This document shows, piece by piece, positions 11,904-23,018 of a stretch of 64,000 bases of DNA. The notes beneath the pieces were generated by a model. It was not told the DNA's origin, ran no database searches, and was given only the letters and a program-made list of their open reading frames with translations. Positions within the stretch are counted from its first letter, which is position 1. Every line of letters begins with the position of its first letter. The stretch lies in the NCBI GenBank assembly GCA_040954595.2, contig CM082588.2, positions 6,150,202-6,214,201 of the forward strand. The letters run 5' to 3'. The stretch comes from Balanoglossus misakiensis. Lineage: Eukaryota > Animalia > Hemichordata. The position numbers and the translations under genes are program-made.

Positions 11904-12745
11904 AATCGAAATTCGTCAAGTCGAGAATTGGTTGTTTTGATAAATATCATGATGTATAACCCATGAAAAATGTTCAAAAAGGCCCCAAAAGTCGAAATTC
12001 GGCAAGTCGAGAATTTGGTCATTTTTTTGATGAAAATCATGATGTATAACCCATGAAAAATGTTCAAAAAGGCCCCAAAAATCGAAATTCGGCAATTCGA
12101 GAATTGGTCATTTTTTGATAAAAATCATGATGTATAACCCATGAAAAATGTTCAAAAAGGCCCCAAAAGTCGAAATTCGGCAAGTCGAGAATTTGGTCAT
12201 TTTTTTGATGAAAATCATGATGTATAACCCATGAAAAATGTTCAAAAAGGCCCCAAAAATCGAAATTCGGCAATTCGAGAATTGGTCATTTTTTGATAAA
12301 AATCATGATGTATAACCCATGAAAAAAGGCCCAAAAAATCGATATTCGTCAAGTCGAGAATTGGTCATGTTTTGATAAAAATCATGATGTATAACCCATG
12401 AAAAATGTTCAAAAAGGCCCCAAAAATCGAAATTCAGCAATTCGAGAATTGGTCATTTTTTGATAAAAATCATGATGTATAACCCATGAAAAAAGGCCCA
12501 AAAAATCGAAATTCGTCAAGTCGAGAATTGGTCATGTTTTGATAAAAATCATGATGTATAACCCATGAAAAATGTTCAAAAAGGCCCCAAAAGTCGAAAT
12601 TCGGCAAGTCGAGAATTTGGTCATTTTTTGAAAAAATCATGATGTATAACCCATGAGAATTGTTCAAAAAGGCCCCAAAAATCGAAATTCGGCAAGTCGA
12701 GAATTTGGTCATTTTTTGAAAAAAAATAATGATGTATATAACCCA
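11904..12745. repeat. ~88-bp satellite array (~10 units)
   Basis: Unit tcgaaattcggcaagtcgagaat(t)tggtcattttttgataaaaatcatgatgtataacccatgaaaaatgttcaaaaaggccccaaaa(a/g). Two units lack the internal tgttcaaaa segment. Confidence 0.95.
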
Positions 12746-12751
12746 AATCAA

Positions 12752-13490
12752 AATTTTTCTGAATGCTCGTATAGAGTAAATCTTGAAAACTATTCTAAGT
12801 TTTATTCTGAATGCTAGTGTAGGGTTAACCCTGAAAATATTCTAAGTCTTTTTCTGAATGCAAGTATAGAGTAAATTCTGAAAAATATCCTAAGTTTTTT
12901 TTTAATGCAAGTATAGAGTAAAGCCTGAAAAATTTCTAAGTGTTTTTAAAAAGTATAGAGTAAATTCTGAGAAATATTCTAAGTTTTTTTTAATGTCAAA
13001 GTATAGAGTAAAGCCTGAAAAATTTCTAAGTGTTTTTAATGTCAAAGTATAGAGTAAAGCCTGAAAAATTTCTAAGTGTTTTTAATAAGTATAGAGTGAA
13101 GCCTGAAAAAATTCTAAGTTTTTTTAATGTTTAAGTATAGAGTGAAGCCTGAAAAAATTCTAAGTGTTTTTAATGTCTAAGTATAGAGTAAAGCCTGAAA
13201 AATTTCTAAGTGTTTTTAATGTTTAAGTATAGAGTGAAGCCTGAAAAATTTCTAAGTGTTTTTAATGTTTAAGTATAGAGTGAAGCCTGAAAAATTTCTA
13301 AGTGTTTTTAATGTCTAAGTATAGAGTAAAGCCTGAAAAATTTCTAAGTGTTTTTAATGTTTAAGTATAGAGTGAAGCCTGAAAAATTTCTATGTGTTTT
13401 TAATGTCAACGTATAGAGTAAAGCTTGAAAAATTTCTAAGTGTTTTTAATAAGTATAGAGTAAAGCCTGAAAATTTCTAAGTGTTTTTTT
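12752..13490. repeat. ~47-bp satellite array (same family as 10726-11167)
   Basis: Unit aagtatagagt(a/g)aagcctgaaaaatttctaagtgtttttaatgt(c/t)(t/a), about 15 copies. Confidence 0.95.
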
Positions 13491-13698
13491 TTTACAAAAA
13501 AGCAGACACCAAGGATGAAATTTATTGTATTTTATTTCATTTTCATATTTCATATTCATATTTCATATTGAAATTTAACTCGTATTCACTTGTCGTTTCA
13601 GGTCTATCTGTTGAATGGTTGATGACCAATCGAAAGAAGTGGAGTCCAGCCGGGATCTGAAAAGACAAGGCAAGTGTTAGAAAATGCAAGTTATGTAC

Positions 13699-13772
13699 GG
13701 GGCATACACAAGTTTCAAAAATTTTCTAAGTCAAAGAAAACTTAGAAAATTTTTGAAACTTGTATATGCCCC
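13699..13772. repeat. Hairpin: 33-bp inverted arms, 8-nt loop
   Basis: ggggcatacacaagtttcaaaaattttctaagt / acttagaaaatttttgaaacttgtatatgcccc, 1 mismatch. Confidence 0.9.
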
Positions 13773-13912
13773 AACGTGGAGGTATAGACAAATTTCAAAT
13801 TTTTAGCGTTTCTGACTTAGTTTTTTTTTTTGGCTTTTTATATGCCATCCCTAGCCCCCACCCTAACCTCCCCATGAGTGTACAGCAAAGACTAATAAAT
13901 CTCAAGCACAAC

Positions 13913-14072
13913 TCTTACTTCGGTTGAGCTAAGGTAAAAAATTTTTTTTACAAGTGCATTATGGGCATCATAATCTATGCAAAATCTTTTCAGATGCAAA
14001 AGATCTTGCATAGATTATGATGCCCATAATGCACTTGTAAAAAAAAATTAACTTAGATCAACCGAAGTAAGA
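13913..14072. repeat. 160-bp near-perfect palindrome (foldback/MITE-like)
   Basis: tcttacttcggttga...tacaagtgcattatgggcatcataatctatgcaa-atctttt-cagatgc-aaaagat-ttgcatagattatgatgcccataatgcacttgta...tcaaccgaagtaaga. Confidence 0.9.
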
Positions 14073-15271
14073 CACACACAATTACATTGCTAAGTTATCC
14101 CTCATATTAATTTTAATGTTACGTTATTCTCCTAATCAAATTTTATTTTCATCCTTAGGTGCAGGGAGGTTGTACACACCAATTAAGATTTAATGCAGTT
14201 TTGGAATCTATCAAGCATACAATATTTCTAAATTTTAAATCTGTGGATTATACATGCACACATTCTAGACTGCCTATTTCTATTATTGTCATTTCATTAA
14301 ATTTTGAATGTAGTTAAATAGGCAATGACTTATTAATTAAAATTACATTCGTAAGAGAGAGTGTGTTTTAACTGAAGTTATTTCAAGCAAGACTGTTGGA
14401 AGTCCGAAATTACGGAACTCTGTTCTGTTCTAATCTGCTACTTCAATTGGATCTTTTCAAACTTTCCTTTTAATCGATTTTTACCTGTCGTATTACCCTA
14501 ATTTTTATACAAGTTTTTGTAAAGCTCATTATTACTGAATTTCATGAGTTTAGACAGGGAATACCTGCTAATTGCCACTGTATTAAAGTTTCTAATTTAT
14601 AATACATGTACAATATTCTGCTTGTTTAAAATGACCTATGACCCGAGCACCAAATTTTCAGTGTAAGAATCACAGCTACCTGACCTGAAAATTTATTCAA
14701 TCTGTTTGCATATGCTGTGCAAAGGCACTGCAGTGTACAATCTATTTTTATACTGTTTCCTTCTGTGTATTCCCTACAACCCTACAATTACACATATTGG
14801 AGGTTTATAGTAATTATGCATGTGACCTATGACATCATTCAGGGATTAAAGAAGCTAGTTTATTAAAGATGTGAAAAGCTTAAATTATTACGGTAGTTTA
14901 AATTTATTTTTTATGCAAACAAAATTTATGAATGTTTTGATTTCAAACTCACCTCATTTTATATGAATAAAGAAAACTTGAAAAAAAAATCAATGCAAAT
15001 CAATGAAAATCTTTAAGATGACTAGTCTCAAATTTGAAATTCAAAATGGCCGCCAAATTTGAGAAAAATTACATATTATGAAAAAAGACAGTGAGCACCC
15101 TGTTCATTACTTTCTACATTTATGGGACTTGCTTGAGTTATTTTCTAGAATTGTCAATCACTACAATTTGCAAATTAAATGCATATTGAATTCTATTTAG
15201 GAGTATAAATCTGAGGTTTATAAGTTTTACCACTATCAGTTTAACAGAGTACAACTACATTACACATCTGT

Positions 15272-15441
15272 GGTTGGTCCAATATGAGATGACCACTGTT
15301 ACTTCATTTAGCTATCCAGACAACCCTCGCAACAGCCACAGAGATCAGTACACCCGACCTCTGGGGATGGTCCAATATAGGACCATACACCAAGACTGTT
15401 ACTTCATATAGTTATCCAGACAACCTCGCAACAGCCACAGA
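15272..15441. repeat. ~100-bp-period diverged direct repeat
   Basis: tggtccaatat...ctgttacttcat.tag.tatccagacaacc(c)tcgcaacagccacaga is present twice. Confidence 0.75.
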
Positions 15442-16453
15442 TGGAGCTAAAAATTCCTGATACAAATTTATAAATATGTACATATAGGGACTGATGCAGG
15501 GGGGCAAAGTGACCCTAACCCTACCTAACCTGTTAAAAATAAACAAACGAGACCATATTTGAAAACAAACAAGCAAGCAAGCAAACATTCTGTTTATTTT
15601 ATTAATCAATAACAACACACACACACACACACACTACCGACGAGGAGGACAAGCTCCATGTCCTTGGATGAACAAATCAACTGATAAACTGCAACGGACT
15701 AACCAGCACTAGCTACTCTTATGGCAAGACAATTATAGATTTCTCGAAGTCATCTGCGTACTTGGTGACGAGTCAAGAGCATCTCCATAGGTCACTTTCA
15801 TGACCCCTATATGACTTTACTTTGTTGGAATTTTGGAACAAGAAAGGTGTGAATTGATGCTTGAAATAGAATCGCATTTGTAATTCAGTAAATATTTTAT
15901 TTACTATTGCAATGCTAGAGTTTTTGCAGTTTTTCATCACAATGATGGATTTGTACCAACAGAAGTGTAGGGATGTAAAGTTATGTTGGGGTCACGAAAA
16001 TGGCCAATTACTTGAAAGGGCTTGTCCTGTGCAACTTTTTTGATGTTGCACTGAATAAATTGATGGACAACTGCCCCCAACGAACATCATAAAATATCTA
16101 ACGAGTCAACATGAACGCGATTGTCCGCCATCAATGCATCTGACTGACTGAATCTTATTGGACGGTGAAATGAGTGACGTACCTTCACTTCCATTGAAGA
16201 CTGCCCTCATTGGTAGCGTTGCATCATGGACCCCTCGTGGGTAATGGTTGCATCCAGAACGTTCTAGTTCAGAAAAGAAAAGAAAAGTAAGTTTCAGGCT
16301 GCCAAAAACAATTACACATGGCCACAAAATGACAGAAATGAATTTTCACAAGATGGATTTGTGAATTTGTGACACATAACACAAGGAAGTTTTGAAATTT
16401 GATGATTCTTGGAAAAGGCGTTTAGCCACTGGCACAAGATTAGACGTACTACG

Positions 16454-16836
16454 CACTGTAAACGGAGACATTTTCGCGAACGATAAATTTTCACGAACTT
16501 CCGAGAGCCAGAAACAAATGCGAAAATAGTCGCGAATAAACAATATGCCACTCGGCTCTGTTCACACTCGGGCAAACAGAGTAACACGCGCACCCATTAA
16601 AATATAATGGTTGCGGTTTCATGATTTTGCTACACATTGCGCAATTTGTTTGAACATGATGGTTTGTGGCCAAGAATCTTGCTACAAATGCGACATATAA
16701 GCGTACAATTGAATGATTTTTGGAGATAACGGATGCAGTTAGTGAAATACGAGAACGCGAAAATTAATCGTCGCATAACAGTCCGGCTTTTGATATTGCG
16801 AAAATTTCGTGACGAAAAAAATTCTGGTTCAAAGTA
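16454..16836. mobile_element. Degenerate non-autonomous DNA transposon (MITE-like), ~380 bp
   Basis: The left end cactgtaaacggagacattttcgcg and right end cgaaaaaaattctggttcaaagta are imperfect inverted termini. The interior is CpG-rich with repeated ttcgcg/gcgaaaat motifs and has no credible ORF. Confidence 0.55.
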
Positions 16837-17645
16837 ACTCCATGCTTGCGTGAATGCCCCCCCCCCCCCCCGAACACATTGTGCGAGCTTACAAAATGTT
16901 CAGACAACTCCGTCGAACTTCCAGACATCACAATTTTCTGCTCAAAAAAGAAAAAAATAAGCCAAAACTTACCTCAAATACAATGTAGTAACTTCCTCAC
17001 AGAATGGTGAATTTGAGTGTGGAAAATGGGAAGGTAAAATGGATTTTTTTCACTGGGAAAGTCAGAGCAAACGTGGACATGAAACACGTGGCCGCTTCTG
17101 AAGGTCTGAATTTGAAAATTATTCATAATCCGTTGAGCTGCTATTGATAAACAAATTTTGCCTGGACAGACTGACCATTCACAGACTACTGATAGGAAAT
17201 AGCATAGGTAATGATTTGAATATATTAACATGCATAAGCCCGCAGTTCAGCTGTGTTCAGGCAGGAGACAGCCAATCAGGGACTTGCGCTTGTAAACAAA
17301 TGTTGAAACGACCCAAACGACCATAAACCGGCTGAAACGAGCCATTTCATCAAGTAAACGACCTAAAACAATCACTTTGGGTATTCAGGAGTTAAATAAA
17401 ATCCCAAATTCTTTTTTGCACGGGCTTGCAAAACCTTATTGGGGTCGAGTATATCTTGTATAATCAAAATAAAACTATTTGTATGCCCAGTGGCTTTAAA
17501 CTTTTTAATATGCCCGACATTCATCTTAGTGGAATAACTGTTTCAGAAGGCTTTTAATCTTTCCAGGCTATGTAGTATTATTATGTTTTCGGCCTGAATC
17601 GAATATTAGGTGTGTCCTGAAATGATGGAGACAACACCATACAGA

Positions 17646-17677
17646 TTTATTATCCAAGTATAAGTGTCAGTTTTATT
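17646..17677 (-). terminator. Candidate dystrophin polyadenylation signals (two AATAAA)
   Basis: The minus strand reads gtatgtatgtAATAAAactgacacttatacttggatAATAAAtc. This would give an ~1.8-kb AT-rich 3'UTR after the stop at 19485. Confidence 0.45.
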
Positions 17678-19484
17678 ACATACATACTGGAAGGTTGTAC
17701 AAAGCTAACAAGTTACCCTTACAATAGAGATTGAGTATAGGAAACCTGGTAGGAAAGTTACACTTTTCACCCCTATTTCTCTGCATAATGGTGTAACCCA
17801 GAAATAAAAAAACAACTAGGTGGTTCCAACATACAGTACATTCCAGGGGTTGGGAGGTTTAGAGAATATATAAAATAATTTCAAAAAAAAAATTAATTAG
17901 TTCGAAGAGTAAATATATAAAATTAGAACAGTAACATATATTTGACATGATTTGGTTGTTTTTCCTCACGCTATATTTTTTTAATACTGTTAACTACTTG
18001 TACGTAACACATGGACTAGCACAAAATAAAACATATAAACCAACATAAATGGGGAAAACACCAAGCTAGAAAAAAGTTTAAATCAACGCGTAGACATTAC
18101 AGATGACAAACATCCTTTTTCTTTCCACGTGGTAAAATGAAAAAAAAAACCCAGCAAGGTAGATTACAGCAGAACCAGTACACATAAAATGGTCACAACA
18201 TGGTTGGGAATTTCTGTTCTGTTCAGTTTTCTGCAAACTTTTCACATTATTTCGACACGATGAAATTTGAGTAAAAAAGACAATGCACCACTTTGCAGAA
18301 TTTACAGCTTTTTGCCTGAAATCCGTCCTTTTTTGGCAATAAAACAGAGATTCCATTTTTTTTGTCTTTGCCAAAGTAAAATGTCTCTTCTTTCACTGTA
18401 CAGTATCAACTTAAAGGAGTCTTTTTTTCTCTTAACTGTACAGGGATATTACAAAAGTTCTGATTTGTTCAGTGATGACTTTTTAGAGGTAATCAGCCAA
18501 TCAAAACGACTCTACTGGATCTACGTTGGAAGGAATGTCAGGGTGAGAAGAGTCTCTTTACAAACTATAGCAGCATATTGACCGTAATCTCAACACCAAT
18601 TTTTTTTGATGGATGCTTTGTTAGACGATTCAAAAGACATGAATGGTTTGTTCAATAAATATATGTTCCACTTGAGTTGTGAAAACAGGGTTAATTTTTC
18701 GAGTAAATAAATTTTTTTTCTCTCGCAATATTTGGCTTGGAGGTAGAAAATAATAAAATCGGTGAGCTGATATCTGAGCTCTAGGTCTCGCTAATGTACT
18801 TGATCCATTAATAAGTCAGCTAAATCTTTGGTGTGTTAGAATTAGAATGTACATAAAAAATTAGTATAAGTTAAACCAACATATCGCCCCCTAGTGTCCA
18901 AAATCACTATGGTCTTTTGTTTTTATGTAAATCACTATCCATAATGCTTGCTGGTACAAATACTCTGCTATGTCCCCCTAAGATACCGTCTAAAAATATC
19001 TCGCAGTCTACACCTCTCAACAAAATAATGCGTTTTCGCATCAAGTAAGCTACTTTTGGAAGATTACATTTGTCAGGATCATATCAACCACAATATTTAA
19101 GTCATGGTAGTAGTAATCATTGATTTACATAACAAAAATGATTATTTTTTATTTCTAGAATGGCAAATTTAACTCATATCATTGCATATTGTGAGATACT
19201 CATCATTAAAATATAAAATCCAGGACGTTCTCCATGTCTGATAAAAATGAACTATCATCTAAAATGCCTGGAGAACTCCAATAGCAGCTACGTTCTAATC
19301 TGACCCATAGACTTTATGTCTACGTCCATGTCTACCCATGCATTCAAACTTACGCACATTCCATCATGCAGTTTAAATAACTTTTAGTATTTCAGATACC
19401 ATCTTTACATTTTTGGCTCATTTTTTTTTGAAAAGTACAAAACTTTTTTTATTTTTCGATTTTTTGTGTCCTTTTTCTTATTGC

Positions 19485-22400
19485 TCATTCCTCACTGTCA
19501 CTTCTCTCTTCATCTGTCATAACAGTTACAAGGTTTCCGACAGCCTTCCCAACATTGTCAGCCATGTGGAAGAGATTGCCAACACTATTATTGCCTGAAA
19601 AAAATAAAAAATTGTGATATGTGAGTAAAAACAATTCTCTGTGCTGCACACAAAACAGTCTTGTTATCAGATTATTATGTTTACTTTCTACATGTAGTTC
19701 AAGATCAGAAAAGGGATTCGACAAACAGCACATTCAAGATGGCCGACTCTTCAGCAAATAGTATTTCCTGATTGGTCAGATGGCATCACATGATATGCAA
19801 ATACACAATAGGGGAAAGGGTTGTTCAGTGGACATTGAAACCATTGGTGGACATGACCCAGACCATTCTATTACACCAAAAGGGAATGTAGGGTACAAAG
19901 CAGGGGGCATCACGAGACCGTTCCCACACACAGGGGGTGACACATGAAGCACTATTCTGAGGGGTGGGAGGGGGAGGGGTTTACTGACCTGAGGTGGTCT
20001 TATCTGATGGGAATGAATCGTTAATTTCTCTCATGACATCTTGCAGGTCAGTAGTGGCAGCTGTCTTATTGTTAAAGTAATACTGTGAGTCGTCTTTTAG
20101 TGGTGGTGGGGTTTGAGCCGAGTATTCATCGCCTGGTGGTAAGATACATGAATGGGGTTGGAGAGTTAATCAATGGTATGGGAGGGTGGGGGAGGGGGAG
20201 GGGGGTTGGGGGTTTTGTTCATTCAAAATGGAGGGAGAGCAGCTGTAATTTTTTATGTTTCTTGTCTGGTGTGCTTGTTTGGCATAATGTCTACAGATGT
20301 CAGAGTTCTAGACCACAGAGCACACAAATACGAATTATCGGCTTGTCAACACAGCCTGTACGTGTGTACCTGGTCATTTGTTTGAATGTAATTCCTCATC
20401 ACACAGACAACTGCAAATAAAAACCATCAAAATTTACAGCTACTGGCCCAGTCAGGAATCGTCAATAATTCAAGCAAATCAGAGAAAGGGACGACCAGAA
20501 TATTAACTTAGAATGTTGAGTTGGCAAATCATTAAAGGAAAGTTTTTTTTTACAGGAATGAGGGATGAAACTGAACATACTGATGGGTTTAATGAATAAA
20601 CTTGATCAACGAAATAGAAACTTAGTTTGAGACGGAGCAAACGTGTGCGAGAAAATATCATGTTAACATGATTGAATGCTTATGGAAATATGGTAAACAT
20701 GGCTGAGCAAAAGCAATTTTTACTGTCGAACAGCCCTGTTGTTTCACTACACCAAAAATCTTATATCGCTAGACACATCACATATGAATCACTCGTCCAC
20801 ATGACTGAAATGCTTGTTTCAAATGCACAGGAATTTCTACATGTCTAATCCCCACAGCGGAAGAAAAATTTGAATGTTTATGCTATAAACCAGGGAGAAA
20901 AACTATTGTTTATCTGACTAAAGCAGCACTTAATTCTAGAACTGGTAACTTACCTTGGTTATCACTATCACCATCACTGGTTGAGGCACCGTTGGCCATT
21001 TTGGGCGCATCCAGTCTCGTGAGACGCGACCTTGACGGGTGAGTGCCAGTACCTCCGCCAGGGAGTGACCCGACTGATGATGTTGGTGTCACGGCAGGTG
21101 ATGTCTGTTGCGATGATGCCTGAGATCTATCCTGTGGCTAAAGAAAAAACAAACAAGAAGACAGTCAGACCAGTGTTATCAACCACCTCTATACTGTGGC
21201 CAATGTGTTACACTTCCTGTGCAATTTACATATGCCTATTGACCTGTCTATAAAAGCCAATTTAGGAAAGTCCCTAAACTGGCCACTATACACAGGTTTA
21301 AATTTGACTACGAGTATATACCGCTCAAACAAAGTAACCATGATGTTACTAACAAGAGGGCGCTGTTTACCAAGAACCTGCCGGGTTTCGACTTGACTTC
21401 TCACTCATAGCAAGAGTTCTCTGATTATCAGATCTGAGAATATAATTTTCTAAACCAGACTCAACATTATCCAGACCAATCAAAAGACTGATCAATTGTA
21501 ATCAACCAATAGGAATGACTGTTACATCATGTGCCCACCTGTTCCAAGAGCTGCCGTAACCTCTGTAACTGAGCTTCGAGCTGTCGGTTGTGGTCCTCCA
21601 AGATCTGCATCCTGGCTTCCAGGCGTCCCTTGTGTTGCCGCAGCAACTTGGCCTCGGCAACCAGCTCTGCGTCCCGGGTCGGCGAGGAAGGCTCCATGTC
21701 GAGTGCCGAGAAGTCCATCCGGTTTTCCAACTGCTCCCGTCGCAGTATTTTCAGTCTTTCATATTCAGCTTGCAGTTGTCTGCATGAGGATAGAAATCCC
21801 TTGATTTAATAAAGGTCTCTGCCTCAAAAATATAAAAGCTGAACACTGTCTCTCTCTTTCCCCATTCACACTAAACTTTGATTTATTTTCCTTTCTTTAC
21901 TTTTCACATCGACAATTTCTCAAAATCTGGGATTATGATTAGAAGAAGATAAAGCTTTGACATATTTTCACATGACTGTCTTGGACTGGCCTTTGTACTT
22001 AGGTCACTATGACCTTCGACTCATTTACCTGTTTTCTTCTTCAAGGTCAGTGATTGACGTTTCAAGTTCACTTCTTTGTTCCGCATCAATGGTGCACACA
22101 ATCTGTGCAGGACTTTTTGGCTGAAGGAGAAAATTGGAGAGAAAAAGTTGAATAAAAATAATAAGGAAATCTTCGCTGCTAAAATAAGGTGCCTAAGGGT
22201 AATGTCTTTGTCACTACTGTACATTATGAGTTGGCCAGTTTTGAGTTTTGACTCCCTTGGCAAAACAAATTTACACTATCAGAACATTGTTTGTAGCTTA
22301 CCACGGCAGAAGCATCTCCTCCCAGACTCTGGCAGTATTGGGCTATTAGCTGATGTTCGTCTTCACTGCAAGAAAGAAATAGCAAACAGATCGTGAATTT

Positions 22401-23018
22401 TCATTGCTGACGTGGTGTGAATTCAGCTCAACAATGCTTTCAAAGCATGACTGGTAGACAGGTGTGAATCTCATAGTTACTTCTCATTAATGCCAGGCAC
22501 ACAAAAACATTGACCACTTTTTGTAGTCAACTTCTATGCTATTGTGACTGCACAACACTCATTAACTTGGTAAAATATAGTCAATATGTGTACATATATG
22601 TGAGGCAGTGCCCTGTGGTGTTCAGTTTTGTCTAGACAAGATAACTTTCATTCAGCCAAATTCATTGCAATACTTACAGGTCTGATGGTGTGGTGTTCAG
22701 TGTGGTCTGAGTTTGTTCAACTTCTGCCAACCTGGAAGAAAATTTTGAGAAAATATTATTCCACTGATATTCAACATATAATTGTTGAACTAAAAGACAG
22801 TTAATTGTTTACAATGTTTGTAGTAAGTTCTTCAACTAAATTAAGAAATAATGTGACTATAGCTATCTCACCAGAATTCTGAAATTTAAATGTGTCAGCA
22901 GTCTTGATTGGTTGAGAGTCGGATCACATGATTAGTGACAGCCACTCACCTGGAGGCATAAAGTTCTAATCTTGTGTGCATATCCTGAGATACAACTTGT
23001 TGAGGTGAAGGCGCAGGC
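19485..23018 (-). CDS. DMD: Dystrophin C-terminal exons: syntrophin-binding helices, coiled coils and terminal exon
   Basis: [84 protein letters not shown]. Confidence 0.93.

Noticed and set aside
11876-12751. Repetitive ORFs (e.g. PNFDFWGLFEHFSWVIHHDF)
   Set aside because: Translations of the 88-bp satellite with frameshifts between units.
11889-12828. TTAACCCT...AGGGTTAA as piggyBac termini around the 88-bp array
   Set aside because: Only 8 bp match, and the right end is explained as a variant of the 47-bp unit.
10726-13490. CRISPR-like regularly spaced repeats
   Set aside because: Units are head-to-tail with no unique spacers, there are no cas genes and the context is eukaryotic. These are satellites.
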